Below, piece after piece: positions 32,207 through 40,741 of a stretch of DNA of 64,000 bases. A program made the position numbers and the translations under genes. Below the pieces are notes generated by a model, which worked only from the letters and a program-made list of their open reading frames with translations, was not told the DNA's origin and did not search any database. Origin of the DNA: an uncultured Clostridia bacterium (lineage in GTDB: Bacteria; Bacillota; Clostridia; Christensenellales; UBA1242); contig CAKVHA010000007.1 of assembly GCA_934747775.1 (NCBI GenBank), forward strand, positions 1,437 through 65,436. The letters run 5' to 3'. The stretch's first letter is position 1. Each line of letters starts with the position of its first letter.

Positions 32207-32820
32207 TTTTTCTCTCCAGTTTTTTTAGAAATACAAATTCCGTCTTCAATATCTAGCACTTGGCTAGTATATGGCGGATTGTTTACTTCTGCCAAATATT
32301 TTCGCAAATTCACAACAATTGTGCGATAACTGTGCGGAACAAATTCGTCGCCATTTACCATTCCCCTAAAAAGCACATCGTCAGCAAAGATAACTCCGCC
32401 GTCGTTTAGCAAATTTGTAATAGTGGGCAAATAATTTATATACTGCCCTTTTGGACCATCTAAAAACACAAAATTAAACCTTTTGTTTTGGTTAAGCAAG
32501 TCTTTTAACACGTTTTTAGCGTCGCCTAAAATAAAGGTTACGCGATTACTTAAATTTAGCCTACTAAGGTTTTGTTTTGCCAAATTTTGACTGTTTTCAT
32601 TTAGTTCTATTGTTGTAAGATTTGCATTACTCGCCAAAAGCATATTTGCTGCCGAATAACCTATTGCTGTACCTATTTCCAAAATCTCTTTAGGCTTAGT
32701 TTCTCGTATTTTATCTAGCAGCAATTGCAGTGTTTTGGGGCGAACAATTGGCACTTTATTTTGTTCTGCTTGTTTTAAAATTTCTTCCATTTTATTTTGT
32801 TTCCATAATAATTGGAACAA
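32203..32820 (-). CDS. SAM-dependent O-methyltransferase (YrrM/TrmR-like); start uncertain (the ATG at 32790 gives MEEILK...)
   Basis: ILEIGTAIGYSA SAM-binding motif and FVFLDGPKGQY. Adjacent to the U32 gene, as in the Bacillus yrrM-yrrN-yrrO cluster. Confidence 0.8.
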   Translation of the reverse strand: MFQLLWKQNKMEEILKQAEQNKVPIVRPKTLQLLLDKIRETKPKEILEIGTAIGYSAANMLLASNANLTTIELNENSQNLAKQNLSRLNLSNRVTFILGDAKNVLKDLLNQNKRFNFVFLDGPKGQYINYLPTITNLLNDGGVIFADDVLFRGMVNGDEFVPHSYRTIVVNLRKYLAEVNNPPYTSQVLDIEDGICISKKTGEKK

Positions 32821-34453
32821 TCATAGGTTTACGTTTCATACGTTTGTAGAAAAAGTTTGTAAGAACTTTTTTAATATTTTGCTTAATTAAGTTCCAATCC
32901 TGTGTTTTAAAGTCACAATTTAATATTGTGTTAATAATTAAATCTTTTGCTTCTTCTATAATTTCGGCGTTGTCTTTAATGTAAATAAAGCCGCGCGAAA
33001 TAAGCTCTGGTTTGCTTGTTAGGCTGCCGTTTGCTTTGCTAACTGTAAGCGCAACAACACACATACCTTCTTCCGCCAAAAGCGCTCTGTCGCGTTGAAC
33101 AGCGCCGCCTGCTTCGCTAACATCAAAGCCGTCTACAAGTCTAATTCCAGCTGGAATCGTACCAGATTTTTTAATAACGTTTCGGCTAATTGAAATGCTG
33201 TCGCCAAGGTCTGGAATGATTATATTTCGTGGATGAATTCCAAGTTCTTGCGCAAGTTTTGCGTGTGCTTTTAGGTGTCTAAATTCGCCGTGGCAAGGCA
33301 CGAAAAACTTAGGTTTTACAAGACTTAACATTGTTTTTAGTTCTTCTTGATATGCGTGACCAGAAACGTGAACCGAAGCAAGACCTTCGTATATTACGCT
33401 TGCACCTTTGCGGTACAATTGGTTTATAACTTCGTTAATATTTTTCTCGTTTCCTGGAATAGAACTACTACTAAAAATAACATAGTCGTTTTCATTTATT
33501 TCAATTTTATTAAACTGACCGTCTGCCATACGCGACAATGCGCTATTTGCTTCACCTTGGCTGCCTGTGCACAAAATTAATGTTTTATCATCATCCATTT
33601 TGTCCACATTGTTTACATCTCCAAGTAATTCTCTATTAAATTTTAGCTCGCCAATTTTGCTTGCTGTTTCGCAAACATTTAGCATACTTCTGCCTGTAAA
33701 CACAACCTTTCTGCCGTATTTTTCGCAAAGGTCTAGCACTTGTTGAATACGATGAATATTAGATGCAAAAGTGGCTATAATAATACGTTTTTGCTTATTT
33801 TGTGCAAACAACCCATCTAGTGTCGCACCAACTTTTGCTTCGCTCATACTGTATCCTGGGCGTTCGGCATTTGTACTATCGGCTGTCATAAGCAAAACAC
33901 CTTTTTTGCTTATTTCTGCCAAGCGGATTAAATCCATTGGGTCGCCGTCTATAGGTGTAAAATCTATTTTAAAGTCGCCCGTGTGAATATACACGCCAAT
34001 TGGTGTAGTTATGCATAGTGCCATAGAGCCGCTAATGCTATGAGTTACTTTTAAAAATTCAATTGAAAAACAACCTGCTTTAATTACTTGTTTTGGTTTT
34101 ACAACGTTTAGTTTGCAAGCAACTTTGCGGTGTTCCTTAAATTTGTTTTCAACAAGGGCGCAAGTAAGTTTGCTGCCGTAAATAGGCGCTTTAATATCTT
34201 GCAAAACATATGGCAATGCGCCAATGTGGTCCTCGTGACCGTGTGTTAAAATAATTGCACGGATTTTGTTTTTGTTGGCTATTAAATAATTAATGTCTGG
34301 GATAACTAAGTCTACACCCATCATTTCGTCCGATGGGAATGCTAAGCCCGCATCAATAACAATAATATCGTTTTGGTATTCTAGCGCCATCATATTTTTG
34401 CCAACTTCGCCTACGCCACCCAAAAACGACATTTTTAAATTTGCTGGTTTCAT
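32792..34453 (-). CDS. rnj: ribonuclease J
   Basis: Metallo-beta-lactamase/beta-CASP signature: LGGVGEVGKN, ILTHGHEDHIGALPY, HVSGHA. 553 aa. Confidence 0.95.
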   Translation of the reverse strand: MKPANLKMSFLGGVGEVGKNMMALEYQNDIIVIDAGLAFPSDEMMGVDLVIPDINYLIANKNKIRAIILTHGHEDHIGALPYVLQDIKAPIYGSKLTCALVENKFKEHRKVACKLNVVKPKQVIKAGCFSIEFLKVTHSISGSMALCITTPIGVYIHTGDFKIDFTPIDGDPMDLIRLAEISKKGVLLMTADSTNAERPGYSMSEAKVGATLDGLFAQNKQKRIIIATFASNIHRIQQVLDLCEKYGRKVVFTGRSMLNVCETASKIGELKFNRELLGDVNNVDKMDDDKTLILCTGSQGEANSALSRMADGQFNKIEINENDYVIFSSSSIPGNEKNINEVINQLYRKGASVIYEGLASVHVSGHAYQEELKTMLSLVKPKFFVPCHGEFRHLKAHAKLAQELGIHPRNIIIPDLGDSISISRNVIKKSGTIPAGIRLVDGFDVSEAGGAVQRDRALLAEEGMCVVALTVSKANGSLTSKPELISRGFIYIKDNAEIIEEAKDLIINTILNCDFKTQDWNLIKQNIKKVLTNFFYKRMKRKPMIVPIIMETK

Positions 34454-34496
34454 TATATATTTCTCCTTTTATTTTTATTTCAAAAACTTAAAATAA

Positions 34497-34529
34497 AAGC
34501 AAAAAAGGCATAAAAATAAATTGCCTTTT
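34497..34529 (-). terminator. terminator-like hairpin inside the rnj leader
   Basis: Minus strand aaaaggca-N11-tgcctttt followed by a T-run. It ends about 45 nt upstream of the rnj ATG and lies downstream of the putative rnj promoter. Confidence 0.45.
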
Positions 34530-34603
34530 GGCTTTTAATTGTTTTTAATTATGACAACATTTTCTTATAAACCCACTGAGAAAATGTTTTTGTAACTGCA
34601 TTT

Positions 34604-34632
34604 AATATACTACACTTTTGTCTATTTTGCAA
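34604..34632 (-). promoter_or_regulatory. sigma-A-type promoter upstream of rnj
   Basis: Minus strand TTGCAA (34632..34627), 17-nt spacer, TATATT (34609..34604). Confidence 0.5.
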
Positions 34633-34860
34633 GTGAAATTTGTATATATTTTATTTTTGGGCATTTTAACCCTATTTGTTCGACAAAAAAAATCACCAGC
34701 GTAAAACTGATGATTTAGTGAAAATTTTATAATTCTAAAGTTCTTTTCAATGCTAAACATAGGTTAGTTTGACAAATTAAATATGAAAATTTAAAAACAC
34801 TTTTAATAAGAAAAACAACAATATTTAGATACAAACAACAAATTTAAGACAATTTACTAA

Positions 34861-35811
34861 CTATATAATATATCGTTGGTCATAAAACTTATCGGTGTAT
34901 TCTCTTGTTTTGGGTGCCATAACATTATATGGATCCAAATAATATTTTGCACCTGTTGCGCTGTAGTATGCAACAAGACCAAATATGTTGTTTACCAAAA
35001 GCGATACTGGAATGGTTATTATTAACCCCACGCCATATGTAAACACACCACCAAAAACGTTTAAGAAAATTAGTGTTAAAACAACCGCAAACGAGTTGGC
35101 AAATGTTTGACCGAAGCGGCGTTTTGGAACAACAAAGCCATCTTTAAGTGCAGCAAAAACCTTGTCGTTTTTAACAATCATTGCAGGAAGCCAACCGCAG
35201 AAAAGAGTGTGTTTTAGCGAGCTAATTAGGCAATATCCAATTAAGATTATAAATGGCGAAACAAATATAAACGCTCCTCCCAATTTAAACAGCCTTAGCG
35301 AATACAAAAACAAATATGTTATGCCAAGATTTAAAGGAAACACTGTTATTAGCCTTACCAAAACAAACGAAATGTTCTTTTTAAAGCTTTGTGCCATAGA
35401 ACTTAAAAAGCCAAGTTTTGTATTGCTACTCATATAATAGTCAACAACAATTGATGTTGGCATATTGTAAAAATTAAGCAGAATATGTCCAAGAATAAAC
35501 AAAATAAACCCAAAAGACAACACCGAAAGGAAAATGTTTGCAAGGTTTTCGTTTACAATTGCAATTAGTTTTTCAGAACAAATGCCAATTTCCATAATCA
35601 GTGCTTTAAGATCTAGCGTGCTTAAAAAGTCGGAATACACCATATCTAATCTTGCAAAAAATCTTTCGTTTACCAACAGATTGAAAATTGGAATAGCAAC
35701 CACAAACGATAACCCGCCAATAATTAGTGCCGAGATTAAAAAATACAACATTATTTTAAATATAAGGTGACCATTAGAAAACATCAACCTGAAAGTATTT
35801 TTATAAAGCAT
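34861..35811 (-). CDS. hypothetical polytopic membrane protein (316 aa)
   Basis: About 6-7 hydrophobic helices. Followed by a hairpin plus 8 T at about 34688..34715. Confidence 0.5.
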   Translation of the reverse strand: MLYKNTFRLMFSNGHLIFKIMLYFLISALIIGGLSFVVAIPIFNLLVNERFFARLDMVYSDFLSTLDLKALIMEIGICSEKLIAIVNENLANIFLSVLSFGFILFILGHILLNFYNMPTSIVVDYYMSSNTKLGFLSSMAQSFKKNISFVLVRLITVFPLNLGITYLFLYSLRLFKLGGAFIFVSPFIILIGYCLISSLKHTLFCGWLPAMIVKNDKVFAALKDGFVVPKRRFGQTFANSFAVVLTLIFLNVFGGVFTYGVGLIITIPVSLLVNNIFGLVAYYSATGAKYYLDPYNVMAPKTREYTDKFYDQRYII

Positions 35812-35881
35812 TTATGTTACTCCGTATACAATATTTAAAATTAGTATACATTATAAGGTTAAAAAAAGCAATAAATAGCAC

Positions 35882-35915
35882 AAAAAAAATAAAAGAGTAT
35901 GAAAAAACATACCCT
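35882..35915 (-). terminator. terminator closing the phage-like operon
   Basis: Minus strand agggtatg-tttttt-catactct, then ttttatttttttt, 12 nt after the holin stop. Confidence 0.6.
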
Positions 35916-35926
35916 TTTATGATTTA

Positions 35927-36196
35927 TTATTCGGTTTTGTTTGAGTCGTCACTATGTGTTTCATTGTTTGTATCCAATTGGTCGTTTGAGTTTGTATCAC
36001 TACCAGCGCCAGAGTCGGAATTTGTTACTATTCCCAAAACAATTAAAACACCACAAATTGACATAATTACATTTTCTATTGTTGTGCTTTCTATATGAAA
36101 ACCCAAGAGTTTGCCAATACTTTCCACCAAAACAACCACTGCACTACTTAGTGCCACCCAAAACGCATAGGTTTTAACTCTGTTCTTTAGATCCAT
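35927..36196 (-). CDS. holin, phage_holin_1 (phiLC3 / LL-H type)
   Basis: KNRVKTYAFWVALSSAVVVLVESIG...IMSICGVLIVLGIVTNSDSG follows the remembered family pattern NWK.R.KN..FWva..sa...L....G....i....l.lLv.lGIv.DPtt.G. Confidence 0.65.
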   Translation of the reverse strand: MDLKNRVKTYAFWVALSSAVVVLVESIGKLLGFHIESTTIENVIMSICGVLIVLGIVTNSDSGAGSDTNSNDQLDTNNETHSDDSNKTE

Positions 36197-36419
36197 CTTG
36201 CTGCTCCACAGGCTTCAGTTTTTCAAGTTCTATTTTAATTTCTTCCACATCATCTTTAATTTCGGTTACAACTCTTAACGAGTTTCCAAGCGCGTCTATG
36301 GTTTTTTGATACTTCTCTTCGCGCTTTTTACTGTCTTTTAGTTGGAAAAACAACAATATTAAAAACAAAACCGCCCAAATGCCATTGCTAATGGCAAGGT
36401 TAAATATTTTCTCCCACAT
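36174..36419 (-). CDS. BhlA/UviB-family holin-like protein
   Basis: NGIWAVLFLILLFFQLKDSKKREEKYQKTIDAL parallels SPbeta BhlA as remembered (QGPFAVLFCWLLFYVMKTSKERESKLYNQIDSQ). Single N-terminal TM helix plus a coiled-coil tail. Confidence 0.65.
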   Translation of the reverse strand: MWEKIFNLAISNGIWAVLFLILLFFQLKDSKKREEKYQKTIDALGNSLRVVTEIKDDVEEIKIELEKLKPVEQQDGSKEQS

Positions 36420-37101
36420 TTATTACATACCTTTTAATAATTTCATTATTTTTTGCCAATTCTGCTTGGCTAGTAGGTAAATCGCTTAAAAAATTATTAA
36501 CGCAAGCCTTTGCTCTTTCTATTTTGTAATCATTAACAACAGTTTCGCTATACTCATCACCAAATGTAGGAACACATTCCATAATGTCAATATTATCATA
36601 ATTTTCCTTAATGCTTAAAAATTGGTTTTGGTAATCTAGCTCGCTATTCTTCACTTCATCATCTACAACTTTGCACTTTTTATCAACTTCCAAAATTAAT
36701 TTGTTTAAGTCGTCCAGTTCGCTTACATATTTTACAGCATTACTTAAATCAAAATCGGATATCGCCTTGTCTTTGCAAATTTCCAATGACCCTTTCTTTA
36801 TTAGCAACTTTTCACGAGTCACATTTACATCATTCAAACTTTTTTCAATTTCGTTTGCTTTATCCACTGAAAAAGTTGTTTTGCAAAACTTTGGCACATC
36901 GTTTGAAATGTTAAGTTTTTTAATAACATTACAAACCTTATTTAATTTATTTTCAAACATAGATTTTTCAATTGCATCATATGCAGTTTTATTAAAATCA
37001 TCTGTCATAGCACATTTCATATAACCTAATCCACCTTTTTCAAAAAAATTTTTCATTTTATATTTTTCAATAATTCTAAATGTTTGTTCAACCATAACCA
37101 C
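36400..37101 (-). CDS. hypothetical virion-associated protein, coiled-coil rich (233 aa; start may be the ATG at 37095)
   Basis: ORF inside the structural operon. Heptad-like Lys/Glu/Asn-rich sequence. No family recognised. Confidence 0.45.
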   Translation of the reverse strand: MVMVEQTFRIIEKYKMKNFFEKGGLGYMKCAMTDDFNKTAYDAIEKSMFENKLNKVCNVIKKLNISNDVPKFCKTTFSVDKANEIEKSLNDVNVTREKLLIKKGSLEICKDKAISDFDLSNAVKYVSELDDLNKLILEVDKKCKVVDDEVKNSELDYQNQFLSIKENYDNIDIMECVPTFGDEYSETVVNDYKIERAKACVNNFLSDLPTSQAELAKNNEIIKRYVINVGENI

Positions 37102-37108
37102 CTAATGA

Positions 37109-38254
37109 TTAAATATCAATTGTTTTGTAAACATTACTGTTTCTAACCAAGTAAATTTTATCGTCAAAAACGAAGCCAGCAGAATAATTGTAATACATAT
37201 TTTGCGACACCTTGTTTATGCCAGTAGAAACTTGAAGTATAACAATTTCTACACTGTTTAAATCGCATAAAATTATGTACAAGTTTCCGCCTACATAAAA
37301 AGCTGAAACATTTTTTGCATCCGATAAAATAGAATAAACAGGCATATTGAATGGTGACGCCATATTTAAATTTACATCAACGACCAAAACATTATTTTCA
37401 CCCTTGGCTATAAACTTACTTGCTGGCGCATCGCCATTAATTGTTTTAACTTCGCTGATAGTGTAGTTTTTTAAACTCTCCACAACACTTGTTGACGATA
37501 CAGTCATATCACTGGCTATAGTAGCAACATATGTTTTACCCTTTGAAACAAACACTACATAATAGTTTATACTTGCCACAGGAACAACACACGCACTCAT
37601 TGTATCCAATTCTGTCACAACAACTTCCAAATTCGATGTTTGATTTTTTAGATACAATTTATTGTTTTTCGCATATAAAATTAGCAAATTTTCTTTTTTA
37701 GAATTTGCGTTATAATTATACGCAATATCAAAGTATTTGACACTATTATTATACTTTATGTCACAAAAGCCACTCAAAAGGTTTGATACACCCGAATAAG
37801 ACTTCACTTCACCCAATATCGCAGAAATTGAGTTTTCATTATATGTTAACAAAAATTCCTGTGGTTTGATATCTACTTTTCCACACAGAGATATGTTTAT
37901 ATTCTTAATATTTTGACCGCTTTTAATAATGAAAATTTCCAACACATCTTCACCAGAAACATTAATAAATTCGTTTACAAAAACAAAACTAGAAAATGTT
38001 TCGTTAAACACATTTGTGCCATTTATCTTTATAGTAACTTGCGCATTAGTGGAAACATATGCGGAAATATTTAACATAACCACATCACTTTGCGACATTA
38101 ATTTAAGTTCTTTATAAAAATTTCCGTCAGTGCAATTATAATGAAAATTTACTTTTTTATCTTCAAAAATCGTGTCGTTTTCTTCCAGATTTTTTCTAAC
38201 TAATTTTTGAGTATTATCATACACATAGTCAAAAGCTGAATTATTCATAAACAC
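37109..38254 (-). CDS. hypothetical beta-rich protein, putative tail/receptor-binding component
   Basis: Position distal to the head genes. Repeated strand-turn-strand segments (NKLYLKNQTSN, GKTYVATIASD, GNLYIILCDLN, DKIYLVRNSNVYK). Confidence 0.4.
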   Translation of the reverse strand: MFMNNSAFDYVYDNTQKLVRKNLEENDTIFEDKKVNFHYNCTDGNFYKELKLMSQSDVVMLNISAYVSTNAQVTIKINGTNVFNETFSSFVFVNEFINVSGEDVLEIFIIKSGQNIKNINISLCGKVDIKPQEFLLTYNENSISAILGEVKSYSGVSNLLSGFCDIKYNNSVKYFDIAYNYNANSKKENLLILYAKNNKLYLKNQTSNLEVVVTELDTMSACVVPVASINYYVVFVSKGKTYVATIASDMTVSSTSVVESLKNYTISEVKTINGDAPASKFIAKGENNVLVVDVNLNMASPFNMPVYSILSDAKNVSAFYVGGNLYIILCDLNSVEIVILQVSTGINKVSQNMYYNYSAGFVFDDKIYLVRNSNVYKTIDI

Positions 38255-39713
38255 CTACCAGAAGTTTTGCTTCACTTATATGTGCTGTTGCAGTTTCGCA
38301 CTCAATTGTTAAATTAAACTTTTTACCTTTTACATTTACAGGTATTTCTTGCAATGTGTTTTTACCGCTTACTTTTATTGTTTTAAACTTGTCATCATAT
38401 CCCACTTTTACCGTAATATTAGTGGCGGTTTTAATAAATAATTTTTTACATATTTTTGTTTTGTTTGGTAGTGATGCGTCTTTGTAATATGTTTGCCACA
38501 TCTTTTTTACTGGGTTATCTGTTGCATATTCACCAGTAAAATTTAGTTCTCTAATAGAGCTTGTACCAAGTTTGTACGACACACACAAAACCAAGTTTGT
38601 TTTGTATCCCATAAGCATAGATAAATCGTGCAAAACGATTCCCCTATTTACCAGCACTCTTTCATTATCCAAATCAACACATAAAACTGTATCATTAGGA
38701 TAATAATTGTTACCTTGAGCACCAATATTTAAACCGTCGCCAAACTCCATAGCGCACGCAACATAATAATATCCATTTATATAAACAGCTTTTGCACCTT
38801 CATTGGTTAATGTTTTAAACAATCGATTAATTTTTAAATCGAGCTTTTTTACCTTCAAACCATTAAGAGTATAAACACCATCTTGACTCATAAACACCAA
38901 ACTTGTTCCCGCTTGAACAATTGTATTTCTTAGAATTATCTTTGTTCCATTAAAAACTGGCTCTAATGTGATTTGTTTTTTGCCTGTGTAATTTACAAGC
39001 CTATAAATTCCGTATTCACAAAATATATATAGATAATCATCATAACTTACAAGTTTAACAATATTGCCAAGTTCCGAAGGAATTGTTATTGTTTTCATTT
39101 GCGAAAGATTAGCTATAATGTTGTGCGGATTTAGATCATTACAATAATACACAACACGTTTAATGTCTGTGTTTTTCACAACAAACACAAAGCCAGCGTG
39201 CGAAACCACATCATAAATTCTATTTTCTGTACTTACGTTATATGTAGTAATATTATAGTTATCGTCAAAAACACAAAACTTACCTTCAGCAGAAAACAAA
39301 AGGTAATTAACATAGTTATAGGTGTAGTTTATAGTAATTGGTCTAACAGCAAACTGCGTAATTGAAGTATAACCTTCTTCGCTTAATGCTTTTAAATAAC
39401 ATCGTTTTAATGTGTATGTGCTAGCATCTAAAACAAGCATTATTGTTTCTTTTTTGCTTAGTGATGAAAACGAGTAAAATTCAAGTGGTTTGTTGTAATC
39501 AAATTCTTTTTCATTAGCAACAGTTCCGCTTGTTTGAATTGTGAATTTCTTTACACCAAGACCTTGTGTTAACACCCCATTAAAATAATTAAAATTATAT
39601 CCATTACAAGCACCTTCGCCATTAATGGTTTTTCCGTCATCATAATTTATTCCTTTAGAAAAATCTGAAAAATCTAAAATTTTTTCTAAGGTGGAAAATG
39701 TTTTTTTAGCCAT
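38241..39713 (-). CDS. hypothetical beta-propeller-like protein, putative tail hub/nozzle
   Basis: 490 aa with blade-like repeats (GKFCVFDDNYN, GFVFVVKNTD, DYLYIFCEYGIYRL, TSLVFMSQDGVYTL, GYYYVACAMEFGDG). Its size and position after a 194-aa ORF recall podovirus adaptor + nozzle pairs. Confidence 0.4.
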   Translation of the reverse strand: MAKKTFSTLEKILDFSDFSKGINYDDGKTINGEGACNGYNFNYFNGVLTQGLGVKKFTIQTSGTVANEKEFDYNKPLEFYSFSSLSKKETIMLVLDASTYTLKRCYLKALSEEGYTSITQFAVRPITINYTYNYVNYLLFSAEGKFCVFDDNYNITTYNVSTENRIYDVVSHAGFVFVVKNTDIKRVVYYCNDLNPHNIIANLSQMKTITIPSELGNIVKLVSYDDYLYIFCEYGIYRLVNYTGKKQITLEPVFNGTKIILRNTIVQAGTSLVFMSQDGVYTLNGLKVKKLDLKINRLFKTLTNEGAKAVYINGYYYVACAMEFGDGLNIGAQGNNYYPNDTVLCVDLDNERVLVNRGIVLHDLSMLMGYKTNLVLCVSYKLGTSSIRELNFTGEYATDNPVKKMWQTYYKDASLPNKTKICKKLFIKTATNITVKVGYDDKFKTIKVSGKNTLQEIPVNVKGKKFNLTIECETATAHISEAKLLVGVYE

Positions 39714-39716
39714 AGA

Positions 39717-40301
39717 CTACTCCCACCTTCTACGTTTTAAATTAGCACTATGACATATCTTTTTTGCATTGTTTTTTACATTTTCTATTTCAGTTTCAAA
39801 TTTGTTTTGCCATACATTATATTCATCAATATTACCTTTTACAAACATATATTCCGAAACAACACCATACACAAATATCCTTTCGCTTACACCGATTGGA
39901 AATGTCGTAATATTGTCATTAATTGTCACACCTTTTGGCAAATATGCGTACTTTATGACAATATCGCATTTGTTTGTGACAATACCGCTAGGTTTTAGTG
40001 TGTATTTCAAAACTTCATTTTTTGTGTTTTTTACGCTTATAATATTAAAAATTTGTAAAGTTGATATTTTTGAATAAGGCAAAACATCATACGTGTTATT
40101 AATTTGAAATGTGTCAATCAAATTAAAATAATTTGTTGCAATGTTTTGTTGAACAAGATTTATACAATCTATTATAATATCTCGTTCTAATATTTCTTCG
40201 CTAGTTAATGTTATTGTTGCATCATTAGATGTTATCCTACTATACAGGTCTACATTTTGTAATATTTCTAATACTTTTCTTATAATACTTTTTACTTCCA
40301 T
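39717..40301 (-). CDS. hypothetical protein, putative head-tail adaptor (by position and size only)
   Basis: 194-aa ORF between the capsid-proximal genes and the beta-propeller-like gene. Confidence 0.35.
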   Translation of the reverse strand: MEVKSIIRKVLEILQNVDLYSRITSNDATITLTSEEILERDIIIDCINLVQQNIATNYFNLIDTFQINNTYDVLPYSKISTLQIFNIISVKNTKNEVLKYTLKPSGIVTNKCDIVIKYAYLPKGVTINDNITTFPIGVSERIFVYGVVSEYMFVKGNIDEYNVWQNKFETEIENVKNNAKKICHSANLKRRRWE

Positions 40302-40313
40302 TTTTTCTCCTTT

Positions 40314-40685
40314 TTACATCCATACACTTTTAAATACGTTTAGTGGATCGTTTGATTTTTTATTAGAGTAATCTAACAATTTTGTTGTTTTATATTCATT
40401 TTCACTTTTAACTTTTTCTAACATTTTTAACTTAATTTTTTCATTATGTTTATCAATTTTTTCAATACTATTATCGTTTTGATATATGTTTTTTAGTGTA
40501 TAATTTATTACTCTACCATCTAGCGAATTATATGGAAAAGTTAATATATAACTTAAACTACCATAATTGCTGCTATGTAATTCAAACTTTTTTGTGGACA
40601 AATTATATACAACATAAAAACTATTGTTGATTTGTTTTAATCTAGAAATTACATCAAACACATTGTCGTTAATTTTAATTTTCAT
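40314..40685 (-). CDS. hypothetical protein (123 aa) downstream of the capsid gene
   Basis: ORF with an AGGAGA SD. No family recognised. Confidence 0.45.
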   Translation of the reverse strand: MKIKINDNVFDVISRLKQINNSFYVVYNLSTKKFELHSSNYGSLSYILTFPYNSLDGRVINYTLKNIYQNDNSIEKIDKHNEKIKLKMLEKVKSENEYKTTKLLDYSNKKSNDPLNVFKSVWM

Positions 40686-40703
40686 TCAATCTCCTAAAAA
40701 ATT

Positions 40704-40730
40704 TAGAGGGTGGTAAGACCCCACCCTCTA
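40704..40730 (-). terminator. GC-rich hairpin plus short T-run immediately after the capsid gene (partial terminator or mRNA stabiliser)
   Basis: tagagggtgg-N7-ccaccctcta, a perfect 10-bp stem. On the minus strand it is followed by aaatttttt and then the SD of the next gene. Confidence 0.6.
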
Positions 40731-40741
40731 ACTATTACAAA

